In this document: positions 40,082 to 53,832 of the stretch, in pieces
Layout of the letters: the number at the start of each line of letters is the position of its first letter
Position numbering within the stretch: position 1 is the stretch's first letter
Source: Octopus vulgaris
Taxonomy: Eukaryota
Length of the DNA: 64,000 nucleotides
NCBI GenBank assembly: GCA_951406725.2
Contig: OX597821.1
Location: forward strand, 100,626,001-100,690,000
Reading direction: 5' to 3'
The notes under the pieces: generated by a model
Database searches by the model: none
Seen by the model: the letters and a program-made list of their open reading frames with translations, nothing else
Told to the model about the DNA's origin: nothing
Program-made: the position numbers and the translations under genes

Positions 40082-40493
40082 ATCAGTTTTATTTCTAGAA
40101 TTCTTGCCAATAGAGAAGGAACTGGTTACTAACCTAGACCCAAGATTCCTTCACTGGAATTTCAATAGCACCAACAGAGTAGTTGTACATGTATGTGTGC
40201 ATGTACGCTAGTATTTGGAGTCTTCATGTGAAGATTTATATGTATGTCATTCAGGTATATTTCAAGATTTCTAGCTAACAGAGAAAGAGCCGGTTTCTAA
40301 CCTAGATACAAGGCTCCTTCAGTGGAATTTCAACATCAACACAATATTTTTGTATGTATGTATATGTGCAGATTTGTATGTTTTGTTTTATAAGTGTCTT
40401 CTCATGCATATACTTACATATCTAGACATGCTCATATATGCTTAAATGATAAACTTCTGGAAAGTTTTACAGATTTTTACAGTTCCAGTGATG
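40082..40493 (-). mobile_element. Two tandem 3'-end copies of the (CATA)n-associated RLE family
   Basis: Minus strand ITGTVKICKTFQKFII* (stop at 40442) plus the same UTR ending ctgaatga|catacata at about 40247. A second UTR copy lies at 40082-40200. Confidence 0.75.
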
Positions 40494-40749
40494 AACCTAG
40501 TAGACAACGTGTATTCTTGTTAGAAGTCTAATATTTTGGTAAAATTGATGGAGTGACAGACAAAATAGTTTGAAGTATTTCATTCAGATCCCGTTGATTA
40601 GAACGAGTTGAAATTTACCTTCCTTTTTTGTGGGGTAGATGGAGAAATATGTACCAGATGTTCGATCTCATCACCATAAAAATAATTCTTGTCAATAGAA
40701 TCTGGCTGTGTGGCGATATTAAAAATAGTTCTTGTTGTTGTGGTCAATA

Positions 40750-41560
40750 TTTTGGCGGCAAACAGGCAGTAACTTAAGCATGCCGGACAAAATTCTTACC
40801 AGATTTTCGTCCGTCTTTACGCTCAAAGTTCAAGTACCGCCGAAGTCGACTTTGTCTTTCATTTTTTCGGGGTCGATGAAATAAGCATCAGTGGAACACT
40901 AGGGTTGATGTGATCGACTTGCCCCATTCTCCCGAAAATTCAACCTTGTTTCTGTAGAAGACTGTAATGTCTAACATTAAGGTAGTGAGCTGGCAGAATC
41001 GTTAGCACGCCGTACGAAATACTTAGCGGTATTTCGTCTGTCTTTACGTTCAAATTCCGCCGAGGTCGACTTTGCCTTTCATCCTTTCGGGGTCGATAAA
41101 TTAAGTACCAGTTACGCACTGGGGTCGATGTAATCGACTTAATCCATTTATCTGTCCTTGTTTGTCCCCTCTATGTTTAGCCCCTTGTGGATAGTAAAGA
41201 AATAAGAATCGTTAGCAGCATTTCTTCCATCTTTACATTCTAAGTTCAAATGCCGCCGAGGCTGGCTTTATCGTTCATCCTCTCGAGATCTATGAAATAA
41301 ATTACTAGTCAAGAACTGGAGTTAATGTAATCGACTTGCCCCTTCTACCAAAATTTCAGGCTTCGTAACCTATCACAAAAAGAATTATTATTAGTACATA
41401 ATGAACAGGAAACTAGCAGAATCATTTGCTCGGGAAAAAAAATGCTTTCCAGCTCTTTACATCCTGAGTCCAAATTCCACTGAATCAATTTTGCCATTCA
41501 CAATTTCCTGGTCGGTGAAATCGTCAAACTTCTTCCTTGAAACAACTAACCGTGTATCTA
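40750..41560 (+). mobile_element. Cluster of SINE family B copies of different ages
   Basis: Best-preserved copy at 40980-41205, with decayed copies on either side. Confidence 0.8.
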
Positions 41561-43014
41561 AATTAAAATAATTATCATAACCAACATTAATATCATTACG
41601 CACGTTTTTCTTTCAGTAACTATCACGTCTTTGAAAGTTCAAATAAACCATAGAAATGAGAAACATACGTTGAGGATACGGTTTTACATTTCATACAGTA
41701 ATCAATCATAGCTAGAAGTGGAGAGAGTATATCAATTATTTTTCTTTCCTTTAATAAAACCCTTATCATCAATTTCAGATATTGCATGAAACTCTCTCTT
41801 CCCAGTATATTTCATAAAACATAAATAAAAGAGAAAGACAGGTCGTCGCAAATAGGTGAACCGTCCATTTATATACTATAGAGTGTCATATTCTATTAAC
41901 TAATGATGAAAAGTGTTTTGAAGTTCACAAGTCACGTGACATAGTCCTAGTTATTGATAAAATATGCCTGCAAAATATGTTAATGCTCGTAACTAACCTT
42001 TCTTTTGATTTGTTTTCTTGGTTTGGGACTGAGCTATGAATAGGATTAAATATTTATGATATTCGTATCACAGATATTATTGAGTTATATTAAATGTGAC
42101 AGTGTACGTTTGAGAGAGAAAGAGAGGGAGAGAGAGAGAGAGTGTATATAACACCTATGTGATTGTATCACAAAACCAGTTCCTTGGATTTTCTTAATCC
42201 ATCGATGTGTGATTAATCCTTTTGACTTTAGATGACTTACACTACAAACTAGCCTATAGAAGTTAATAAAGTAACAATATTATATGGGTTATGAATATCA
42301 TATATATGTATATATGTATGTATCTATGTATCTATTTATGTATATAGTTCTGTATGTATATATACATATATGCATATAGACATACATATTCATCACATTC
42401 ACACATATACGTATACAAACATATATATTCATATCCATACATATATATAAATATATATTCATATATACGCACACACAAATATATATACATACATATAAAT
42501 ACATACATACACAGATATATACATATATATATATATATATACGTTGACAGAGTTACTTTTATACCTATTTAAACACGATATGAAATTAAGCTCCATGGAA
42601 ACTTTCTCAGCTTAGCTTCAAATCGATCTCCTTCGTTGTTCTATCAGGATTAACTCGCCTTGCCAAGATGCTCAGATAAAGTGACTGAAGATTACTTATT
42701 AAAATGCATTGTGTCTCGGCCATAAACTCATTTGCATGATAATACAAGTTTGACGCTCCGGGCAAAACGCACTATAGTACCATAGTGTTATGAAGAAATA
42801 GATAAATAAATAGACAGATAAATAAATGAATAAATAAATAAATATTAAAAGTACTCATTTGAAACAGCTTTAGGTTAAAATAACAATGTGTATTATATTT
42901 ATAGTGTATATTACATTTGTGATGTGTATATAAGGCATACATTTATGATGTATATATAATGAGTAACTTATACTGTATGGATATGCCATTCACCCTTTGT
43001 GTAGACATAGTTGT

Positions 43015-43450
43015 AGGCATGAGAGTATGATTAAGAAATTTGCTTTGCAAGCACGTGGTTCCGGGTTCAATTTCACTGCGCGGCACTTTAGTATAGCCCC
43101 GAATCAATCAAAGCCTTGAGAGTGAATTTGGTAGATGGAAAATATGTGAAAGGCGGTCGTATATATATATATATATATAGAATGTGTGTGTGTGTATGTG
43201 TGTGTGGTTTTGTGTATGTATGTATGCGTCTTTGCATCTGTTTGCCCCTCCTGCCTAACTATCGGCATTGGTTTGTTGAAATCACCGTGACTTAGCGGTT
43301 CGGAAAAAACCGACCGAATTAGTATCAGTCTTTAAAATATAAAATCAAAGCATAAATACTGGAGGTGATTTGCTCGCATAAAAATTCTTCAAGGCGATGC
43401 CTCAGCATGGCCGCAATTCAATCAATGACTAGAACAAGTAAAAGATGAAA
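43015..43450 (+). mobile_element. Decayed SINE family A
   Basis: cacgtggttccgggttcaa head; cagcatggccgca...aacaagtaaaag tail. Confidence 0.75.
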
Positions 43451-43846
43451 AATATTGTTATAAATATTTGAAATATATCCAATGTGTCAGGGCGGCTAGA
43501 AGGCTGAGTCGTTTGGGCGTTAGATAGAATTTATTGCGCTATTTATTCCGACACTCCCTAGTATGAGTTCAAATCTTGCAGATATCAACGATGCCTCTAA
43601 TCCTCTCGTTTGTCGATAAATTTGCTGAGACAATTGTGGTCCAGCGCTTTAGCAATGAGAGGTAAAAGATTCGTGGTGGAAACAAATGGTTAGATTCACA
43701 ACACAAGCTTACAAAAAGGCCCCTCGTGGGATTTAATTTCACAGCGAGACTAAATATGTTTCTAAATATACTCGTGATATCTATATAACGGTATATTCTG
43801 AATTCATCGTTAATAATCAACAGAATACGCGTTAGTTACACTGGGT

Positions 43847-44227
43847 GGAGGCGCAATGCTCAGTGGTTAGGGCAGCAGACTCGAGGTCATAGGATCGCGG
43901 TTTCGATTCCCAGACCGGGCGTTGTGAGTGTTTATTGAGCGAAAACACCTGAAAGCTCCACGAGGCTCCGGCAGGGGATGGTGGTGATCCCTGCTGTACT
44001 CTTTCACCACAACTTTCTCTCTCTTACTTCCTGTTTCTGCTGTACCTGTATTTCAAGGGGCCGGCCTTGTCACTCTCTGTGTCACGCTGAATATCCCCGA
44101 GAACTACGTTAAGGGTGCACGTGTCTGTGGAGTGCTCAGCCACTTACACGTTAATTTCACGAGCAGGCTGTTCCGTTGATTCGGATCAACCGGAACCCTC
44201 ATCGTTGTAACCGACGGAGTGCTTTTC
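43847..44227 (+). mobile_element. tRNA-derived SINE family C, full length, 14-bp TSD
   Basis: A/B-box head (cagtggttaggg...ggtttcgattccc). TSD tagttacactgggt at 43833-43846 and 44228-44241. Confidence 0.92.
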
Positions 44228-44573
44228 TAGTTACACTGGGTACCCACGACTCGCATCTTCCAGGTTTCTTCTCCATAATATGGTATTAGTTTTTGCGTTT
44301 GAACCATCAAGGGTCATCGCCATTGCATCCTAACGTTTCAACTGACCACGTTTTAAGTAAAGCAACACATTGTGTTGTTATTGTTTATTTTTTGTTTGTC
44401 TTTTCTTTAGGTTTTGTTTTTTAGTGTCATCTTGATTAATAATGGCATTGCAGGAATAGCCATCGCGTTGCATTTTTTCCTTCAGTCTCGTGTTTTGTTC
44501 ATGAATAGTGTATATAGGACTACATTATCTAATGTGATATTTACTTTTTTTATTTTTGACAAAAACAATAGCA

Positions 44574-44629
<56 letters not shown>

Positions 44630-45627
44630 GACGAAAGCTTTGATGTTATATCTCACCTGTCGAGCGACTGCGTGGGGGGGAGGCTCCCTAATTACCAGTG
44701 GAGAACAGAGTTGGATTGGCAATGCTGTTATTTGCGAACATTGCCAAACTTTCGCATATCTGACAATATAATGGCTTCAGGCAAGCTTCTACGTAAAAGA
44801 TAAAAGAATTGTTATAGGCTGGAGTAAAAGAGGAAATTTTTATTGATTATATTTTCCTTTAATTATAGAACGTGTTTGTGGTAAAAGAGAATATATTTCT
44901 TTTTTTGTAATGTCTTAATAATCTGTTGATAAAATACTTTCGCTGCAAGACATGCCAAACAATTCAGGTTAAACGGAATAATTTAAAATGTGAATAACTG
45001 AGTTGACATGCACTTTAGAACTTGGATGCACATTCGATATGATATAAAAAAACATTCTAGAAGTTAGGTTTGTGGGCCAACAATAAAGCCTCTATGTGAT
45101 CACTCTGCAGGCTAGAAATAACAGTCAATCCATACGAACTTTAAATCACACTTTGAATTTTTAAAACAAATAAAACTTGCACTTCAGTGCTTGGTTGCAA
45201 ACTTGAGATAAAAAAAAGAAAACATTCCAGAAGCCAGTTTTATGAGTCAACAAAGGAGCTGTTATGTGGCGACTCAACATACTAGAAATAGCGGTCAATC
45301 TACTTCGAGTCATTTGATAAACATTACAAAATAAAATGACGAGTTACATCAAGTAGTTCAGATTACACTATGCCTAGAAATAAAACAGGTTTGTAATGGT
45401 TGTAAGTACCTTTCATCATAGATGTGCTTAATTGAGACCAAACTGGGGCTAAACAAGGACAAGAATTACATTATGGAAAAAGTTTAATAACACATGACTG
45501 CTAAATTCAATTGAAATTTATTTTAGGCGTCAACAACTGGGAATTCATCCCTGAAACATTGACGCAATTTCACTGCAACTGTTTGAAAGTCGGTTTATAA
45601 CCAGTTCTTGTAGGCCTTAAGCTTCAG

Positions 45628-45670
<43 letters not shown>

Positions 45671-46880
45671 CCTCTCTTGCTCACTCGCTTTCTCTCTCTC
45701 ACTCTCACTCTCTCTTGCTCACTCGCTTTCTCTCTCTCACTCTCACTCTCTCTTGCTCACTCGCTTTCTCTCTCTCACTCTCTCTCTACTTAGCTATCTA
45801 TCTACATCCCTTTCTCTTTATACATTCCTATATTTATCTCTGTCTATCTATTTCTCTTTCTTTCTCTCTCTCTCTCTCTATGTATCTTTCTCTCTTTCCA
45901 TCTCTCTCTCTCTCTCCATCTATCAATCTCTCTCTCTCTCTACTTAGCTATCTATCTACATCTCTTTTATCTCTATACATCCCTATATTTATCTCTGTCT
46001 ATCTATTTCTCTTTCTCTCTCTCCCCCTCTCTCTATGTATCTTTCTCTCTCTCCATCTATCTCTCTTTCTTCTCTCCATCTATCAATCTCTCTCTCTCTC
46101 TCTCTCTCTCACTCTCTCTCTCTCTCTCTCTATCTTTCTCGTGTTGATTGAATTTCCAAACTAGTATGACTTTTCTACGATGCAATTGCTTCAGTTTCAA
46201 CAGAGTCTCAGATCAATTCACTTGCCAAACATCTACATCTCTGAATCAACGACTAACATCATATTCTCCTATCTCTTACACTCTTTAAATTTCATAGAAT
46301 AAGCATGGCATGAAATGAATATGTTATGTAACATTTAATGAGATATAGTATCACCACCGAAAACTAAACTCATTTGTTGTTATTGTTGTTTGTAGACGCA
46401 GCTTAACATTGATCTTGCAAAGCCATGACCAAAGGCAACCTAGCCATGACTATCCCTTCTTTTCTTTGGTTTTGCAGGACTGTATTATTCTCAAATTTTG
46501 GCACAATGCCGCTAATTGTGGTGGAGGATGCAAGTCGACTATATCGACCCTAGTGCTCTATTGGCGCTTATTTTATCGATCTTGAAAGGATAAAAAGCAA
46601 AGTCGACCTTGGCGGAATTTGAACTCAGAGTGTAATGACAGACGAAATACTGCTAAGCATTTTGCGCACTGCGCTATCGATTCTGCCACCTCGCTACCTT
46701 TGTGTAGGACTACATTAAGTTGACAGGTGCCACTGCGTCCTTTCCTTCTTTAAAATGGTAGTATATAGGAGGATTATTTTGTTTCATGTAAAGCTTTTCG
46801 TTGGTGATGTATCGCGGGGATGAAACTTCCACTGCGGCCCATCCTTCAAACGGATTATTGATTACACTCAACTCCAATCA

Positions 46881-47273
46881 CAGAACAATTTGAAAACGTT
46901 TAAGTGACATGGTATAGCCAGGAATGGAATTTACATTGTCAACTCAGCTCTTTAGAATTTTACTCCTCAAAACACAACCAGAACAATTTGAAAACGTCGA
47001 AGTGACATGGTATAGCCGGGAATGGAACTTACATTGTCAACTCGGCTCTTTAGAATTTTGTTCCCTAAGACACAACCAGAACAATTTGAAAACGTCGACA
47101 TGACATGGTATAGCCGGGAATGGAATTTACATTGTCAACTCGGCTCTTTAGAATTTTTTTCCCTAAGACCCAACCAGAACAATTTGAAAACGTCGACATG
47201 ACATGGTATAGCCGGGAATGGAATTTACATTGTCAACTCAGCTCTTTAGAATTTTTTTCCCTAAGACCCAACC
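46881..47273. repeat. 98-bp tandem repeat, 4 copies
   Basis: cagaacaatttgaaaacg starts at 46881, 46979, 47077 and 47175. Confidence 0.95.
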
Positions 47274-48765
47274 ACCCGGTCTATGCTGTGAAAAGAGAAA
47301 AAAAATATGCCATATTTTTATCTTCGTAGAATGTGCATAAAAATGTTTAATGTAACTTTGAAGGATATTTGGGGATTAAAAGCCTAAATTGTTAAAGAGT
47401 TGAACAGAATGAAAGCTTTAAAAAATCTCTTCTATTTTCAAAGTAATTGAAAACTGTCACTTTTCCCTTTCTCAAATGGGTTTAAAGACAGTTTGTAACG
47501 CAGAAAAAGCAATAAACCTCGAAAGAAAATTATATACAGAAAAAAAAACATTACTTATTCATATAATGTGTGTCTATGCAAACTTATTGTTGATAAACCA
47601 GGCCCTGTTAAACATAGCGGAAATATATTAAGTGTATATGATTGTCTCAAAAGATAACACATTATTTCATTAAGTTACAATTAAGTCTTTATCCGAACTA
47701 TTTAGGTCTTTCTGATACAAGTGGAATGTTTAAGTGTCACTGTTTTTGTTGTTTATTTATTTATATTTGTACGTGGACAACAGAATACTATTTACATCGT
47801 GGAAAGGGCATTGAGACCCCCTTCGGTCATAACTGACCGTGTTCTTGTATGTGCGCGTGTGTGTGTGTATGTGTGAGCGTGCGCGTGTCTTAGTATCTGT
47901 GTTTGTCCCCCCACCACCGCTTGACTACCGGTGTCAGTGTGTTTACATCCCCATAACTTAGCGCTTTATTAAAGATGTGATTTGAAAGAGATTTGACTGT
48001 TATTGCTAGCATTTCTAAAGATTACGTAGAGAGTTCTTCTGTGACTGAAGCTAATTATTCTGGAAATTATGGCTCATCAAGAACTACACTGTGCAGTGTC
48101 CTTTGTTTTGTGTAGGATGAGAGTGATTTAGCTGCTATCTCTAGCATGTAACACGACCGCATAGAGAACACCGTTGGCTTCTTGCAGAAGACTACTATTC
48201 TATGAATTTTCTAATACCAAGCGTTACGTTATTCAATATGCCCTTCCTATTCAAAATATCAATTTGAGGTAGATTTAGCTCTTATTCTTAACAGATCAAA
48301 CAGTCGCATACACAACACCGTGTTATCTTATTTCTGTGGTGTTGATGTAATCTCCATATTTCTGAAAATCGAAATATTTTATCTCTTGTCATTTCGAAAT
48401 CGTTGTCATTTTTCTAACAACAATGTACATCAGTCGTCCATACAAATGTCTACGGAATTCCATTAAAATGGTAATTGCAAATTCTTTAATAGCTATGCTC
48501 TTGTAAAATTTCTTAATAAAAAATTGTCCAAAAAACATGACTACACAGATGAGCATGGGTGGCCACGAGAGAAAGACTTGGAATAATATTCACATTTCTA
48601 ATATGTCTTGTTCTTGGAAGGAACTGTCAACTTTCTAAAAGAGGTGAGATTGGAACGCTGTTAGAGTGGTAAGATATGGTTGTACATAATTACGCTTGAT
48701 TGTGCTTTCGTTGTTGTGTTTGTGTGAGCGAATATGTAAATTACAAGTGTATGCTAATACAAAAT

Positions 48766-48810
<45 letters not shown>

Positions 48811-49510
48811 CATACAATATAAATACATAAAGCAGGTGTACACATATATTCGTACATGGATATATGTATGTATATATATATTTATATGTGTGTGTGTGTG
48901 TGTGTATATGTATATATGATATATATACACACACACACATGCATATTGTATACATATTGTGTATATGTGTATAATATATATAGTATATATGTATATGTAT
49001 ATTGTATGTGTATATATATGTATATATATGTGTGTATATATATATATAACATATATATATTACACATACATATATACAAACACGTGCACATATACAAAAC
49101 ATACATGCACACAAGTATTGATATAAACACTTTTATACATAAAAATGTGTATGCATGTATGTATATGTATGCTTCCTGGTATAATTATATATCATGTGCA
49201 TATGTATTCATGTCGTAAGATATACGTATGTAAGCGCCTCAGTATACGTATAAATAATGTATAGTCACAAAAGACATCGGAAAGTGGTCATCCTCCGATT
49301 CACCTGACAACAGTAAGCAAGATTAAGCAATCACACACACACACAAATACACACACACATAAATATATATAAAACATGAGCACACACATACAAACTACCA
49401 TATATATATCTATATATATCTGTGCATATATATATATATGCGTGTTTGTGTGTGGATACGTATAAATATATGAGTGTGTGTGTGTTTGTGTGTTTGTGTG
49501 TGTGTGTTTG

Positions 49511-49542
<32 letters not shown>

Positions 49543-49877
49543 AGTGAATGTGTGTTTGTATATACCCGTATAAACTAATTCCATTTAGCGAAAACTGACC
49601 TTACTATACCGTGAATGTTACACAAGTATTCACAAATACATACAACAGAAAACTATAATATTTGGCGCTCGACAGGTCAAAACTACCCAATGTATTCTGA
49701 CACTCTACGCACGCACACACAATACTCCACCACACCTCCCCAATGTCTAACTCCAGTTATTATTACCACTGGACCCATAAATCCCCGTGGGGCTTTTGCT
49801 ACTAATGTCAATATCCACCCTATCCAACACATATATTGCATCCTTTTTTTTATCTGTGGTTTACCTAGCTCCATATT

Positions 49878-49921
<44 letters not shown>

Positions 49922-49929
<8 letters not shown>

Positions 49930-50473
49930 CAATATAGGGTAGCAAAAAAATTCAAGAAAAATTCAAGAAAAATTTTCTGCAACCAGCGGTCAAGTGAGAA
50001 AATAGAAATAGTCCCAGACTATATAATATATTCAAAAGTATTAAGGAATGACCCTTACAGGTCGTTCAACTCACTTGAAAAGAGCAGACAAAACTCAAAC
50101 CGCAAAAATAGTAGTAATTCTGAAAGCTAAAGGAGAAATAAAAACATTTATCCCTTTCAACTTTGTACCCTGCAAGGTTTCAACAATTTATACGCAATCG
50201 AACTTAATTAAATTAAATTAAATCCGTTTACGATTGGCTTGTTTCATCAGCAAAGTCACCAAAAGAAAAGGAGAACATATACGCACGAGGCGACACCACT
50301 GAAGCCCCGAGTGTATATATCCTAATTTTTCGAAATCCAACGTAACCGCGCCAACTACTCAGCAGTAAATATAAACTGCTGATACAATATCAGAATTAGT
50401 CAAAAATTATTAATTTATCAATATAGGGTAGCAAAAAATTCAAGAAAAATTCAAGAAAAATTTTCTGCAACCA
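49922..50473 (-). mobile_element. Retrozyme-like non-coding element: 489-bp unit plus about 63-bp terminal direct repeat, internal HHR, inside (TA)n
   Basis: 49922-49985 matches 50411-50473. HHR at 50160-50256; (TA)n on both flanks. Confidence 0.8.
50160..50256 (-). ncRNA. Type-I hammerhead ribozyme with enlarged stem-II loop
   Basis: Minus strand: actttg-CTGATGA-aacaa...ttgtt-GAAA-ccttgcaggg-TA-caaagt. All three stems pair; canonical core, GUA site. Confidence 0.88.
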
Positions 50474-50580
50474 TATATATATGTAGAAGATGTTTTCTGG
50501 AGACTAAACCGATAATAACATCGTCCTTTATAGGATCGCCACATTCTGTTGGCACATAAACTTTACTATATATATATATA

Positions 50581-50742
50581 TATGGATCAAAACAGTTTGG
50601 TTCAAGCTCCTTGGTACTCCGATCTTCAAGCGTAATACTGATCCTAGAAGTTGGAAATTTGAATTCAAATTTCTAACGGCTGAGGATTATCATCACACTT
50701 GAAACTTGGAGTACCAAGGAATTTGAAACTGGTTTGATCCAT
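50581..50742. mobile_element. About 160-bp fold-back (hairpin) element / MITE at the edge of (TA)n
   Basis: tatggatcaaa...tccttggtactcc...aaatttgaattcaaattt...ggagtaccaagga...tttgatccata. Confidence 0.75.
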
Positions 50743-50792
50743 ACATGTAACTTCTTTCGCTTGTCCATTCACTCGTACACACACACACACAC

Positions 50793-50867
<75 letters not shown>

Positions 50868-50931
50868 CAGAGAGAGACAGACAGATACCGATATATATAT
50901 ATGTATATATATATCCGTATCTGTCTGTGTG

Positions 50932-50963
<32 letters not shown>

Positions 50964-50998
50964 AGTGTTTTATTCTTTCTCTCTATTTCCTCACGTTC

Positions 50999-51035
50999 CT
51001 TTCTCTTGAAGAGTGTAAGCTCGAAACGTAAAACA
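50999..51035 (+). ncRNA. Decayed hammerhead-like motif, same element family as 18783-18820
   Basis: cttt-CTCTTGA-a-gagt-gtaa-gctc-GAAA-cg-TA-aaac. Downstream sequence resembles the 18.7-kb copy and ends in (TA)n. Confidence 0.45.
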
Positions 51036-51144
51036 CTTTCTCACTTTTCCAGGTGTCAAATTAATACTCCTACTTGCTATTTATACAGCTGTCTTCGTGT
51101 TTTGTTTTTCTGTCAATTTCAACTGTTCATATATATATATGTAC

Positions 51145-51225
<81 letters not shown>

Positions 51226-51261
51226 TGTATGTATGTATGTATGTATATATATGTATGTATA

Positions 51262-51341
<80 letters not shown>

Positions 51342-51423
51342 AAAACCTTGCACTGGGATTGCTGACACTACCTGTCTGCGATGATCATGCTTGTCTAATG
51401 ATTAGACAGCCACCAATTATGCA

Positions 51424-51523
<100 letters not shown>

Positions 51524-52014
51524 TGTGAAACCAAATATTTGGCAGTGACTGTTCGAAATTCCAGCTTAGTTACGTTCGTCAGTCTGTAAAATTTCCATGA
51601 CTTTTTCTTATATATTTTGGTTCATCATGTGGATGGACCTCAGTGTCTGCGATCTTTGTGTTGCTTAATCATTCATCTTTGTGGCATATAACAAAGCGTT
51701 TTTATGGATCTGTAATAGAGGGAACAGGAATGACGAGTTGTGGGGATAAGAAGAGATATCAGAAATGTTAATGGAAGAAATAAAGTAGAAGCAAAAATAG
51801 AGGGTTGTTTATAGGTAAAGTTGAACTGGAAGAAGATGGCGAGGAAAATCTAGCGCTTTCTGTCTACGTGTTTTTTTGCTTGTTTAATTTTTGTAGGTAA
51901 CATTTGCGTTTCAAAGGTTAAATTTGATACAGGAAATTAATCCTTAATTCCCTATAAGTAAATGCATATGTACAAAGATATACATATATATACACGTATG
52001 TGTGTGCGTATACT

Positions 52015-52428
52015 CTTACTCTTTACTCTTTTACTCTTTTACTTGTTTCAGTGATTTGACTGCGGCCATGCTGGAGCACCACCTTTAATCGAGCAACTCG
52101 ACACCGGGACTTATTCTTTTGTAAGCCCAGTACTTATTCTATCGGTCTCTTTTGCCGAACCGCTAAGTAACGGGGACATAAACACACCAGCATCGGTTGT
52201 CAAGCAATGCTAGGGGGACAAACACAGACACACAAACACACACACGCATATATATACATATATACGACGGGCTTCTTTCAGTTTCTGTCTACCAAATCCA
52301 CTCACAAGGCTTTGGTCGGCCCGAGGCTATAGTAGAAGACACTTGCCCAAGGTGCCACGCAGTGGGAATGAACCCGGAACCATGTGGTTGGTAAACAAGC
52401 TACTTACCACACAGTCACTCCTGCGCCT
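52015..52428 (-). mobile_element. SINE family A, full length
   Basis: Reverse complement of 12347-12767. Confidence 0.9.
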
Positions 52429-52569
52429 AAATGTATGCTCATATATGCTCATATATGCACATTTATATAAACATAGACTTGTAAACCGATTTTGTTTTGA
52501 TTTTGAAAATTGCCCTAGACTGTGCTCTTTATAAGGCGTACATCTGCTGAACATATGCATATACAGCTA

Positions 52570-52600
<31 letters not shown>

Positions 52601-52952
52601 CACACATATATATATATATATATATATACCCATATAAATACACGTTAACGTAGAAAAGTAGATAGATACGTCTACACATATATATGCACATACAAATAGA
52701 TAAACACAGGCATATATGAATGTGTGTGTTCGTGTAAGGATAGATAAGTAGGTAGGTATATAGGTAGGTAGGTAGGTAGGTAGGTAGGTAGGTAGGTAGG
52801 TAGGTAGGTAGGTAGGTAGGTAGGTAGGTAGGTAGGTAGCTGGCCGGTTAAATAAATACACCTAGGTTCAGAGAGGGATGATATTTATCTACCTGTCTAT
52901 CAGTCTAGAGACAGGCAGATAAATATCTATTCAGACAGTGACATATATAGAA

Positions 52953-53019
<67 letters not shown>

Positions 53020-53215
53020 CATAGATACATACATACATACATACATACATACATACATACATACATACATACATACATACATACATGGCTGAAAATGCGT
53101 TTGACCCTTTGGCCATTAACTTATATAACATTGGTGACCGGCTATGTTTTCTGTCCGCCTGTGTGTTTAGTAAATGTCCATTTGTTTATTTACTACACGT
53201 TTTTTTTATTATATA

Positions 53216-53462
53216 CTAGCTTAAGGTGACCCACTCTACGCGCGGGTGAGGGTGTGGTTGTTACTTTCTGTTACTACCGTTGTTTTTCTTATCGCCACAC
53301 ATTCTCCCTCTTTGTTTCTCTCTCACTTTCCCACTCTCTTACTCTTCCTTTTTTTACACGTCCCTGTAAATTTTGGAGCCAACCCGACCCCATCTAGTGC
53401 CCCTTAAACCGTTCCAATCCCAAAATGAGACAAACAAACTTTTCGCATTTCAGCTTTATAGA
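53216..53462 (-). mobile_element. Non-autonomous Helitron
   Basis: Minus strand starts TCTATAAAGCTGAA and ends with the hairpin acccgcgcgtagagtgggt followed about 10 nt later by CTAG|T. Confidence 0.7.
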
Positions 53463-53616
53463 TATTTATGTAGGCAGGTCATATTTTCCTCTTGTCTTTT
53501 TATTTAATCCTGAAAAAAAAAACTAATATATATGCATATATATAAATGTGACCGCGTGTGTACCGTTGGCGATTTTTTCCTCTGTCTTCCCTTCTCTGGA
53601 TCTTTCCTTCTCCTAT

Positions 53617-53651
53617 GTTTCCGACGAAGAGCTCTGCTCGAAACATTAAAC
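53617..53651 (+). ncRNA. Minimal hammerhead-like motif (CCGACGA core) in a short element (about 53545-53750) between TA tracts
   Basis: gttt-CCGACGA-a-gagc-tct-gctc-GAAA-ca-TT-aaac. Confidence 0.6.
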
Positions 53652-53748
53652 CCTGTTCCTTTCCTTCTTTCCTGAGCGTCCAATAATACTATATTTGTTC
53701 CACGTCCTCGCGTTGTTGTGTTTTTTGTGCTTTCGTGTTTGGATTAAC

Positions 53749-53832
<84 letters not shown>

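Noticed and set aside
44717-44748. miRNA-like hairpin ttggcaatg...cattgccaa
   Set aside because: The stem is too short for a pre-miRNA, and no known mature sequence was recognised.
46881-47273. CRISPR-like array or coding repeat
   Set aside because: No unique spacers, no cas genes, eukaryotic context, and the 98-bp period breaks frame.
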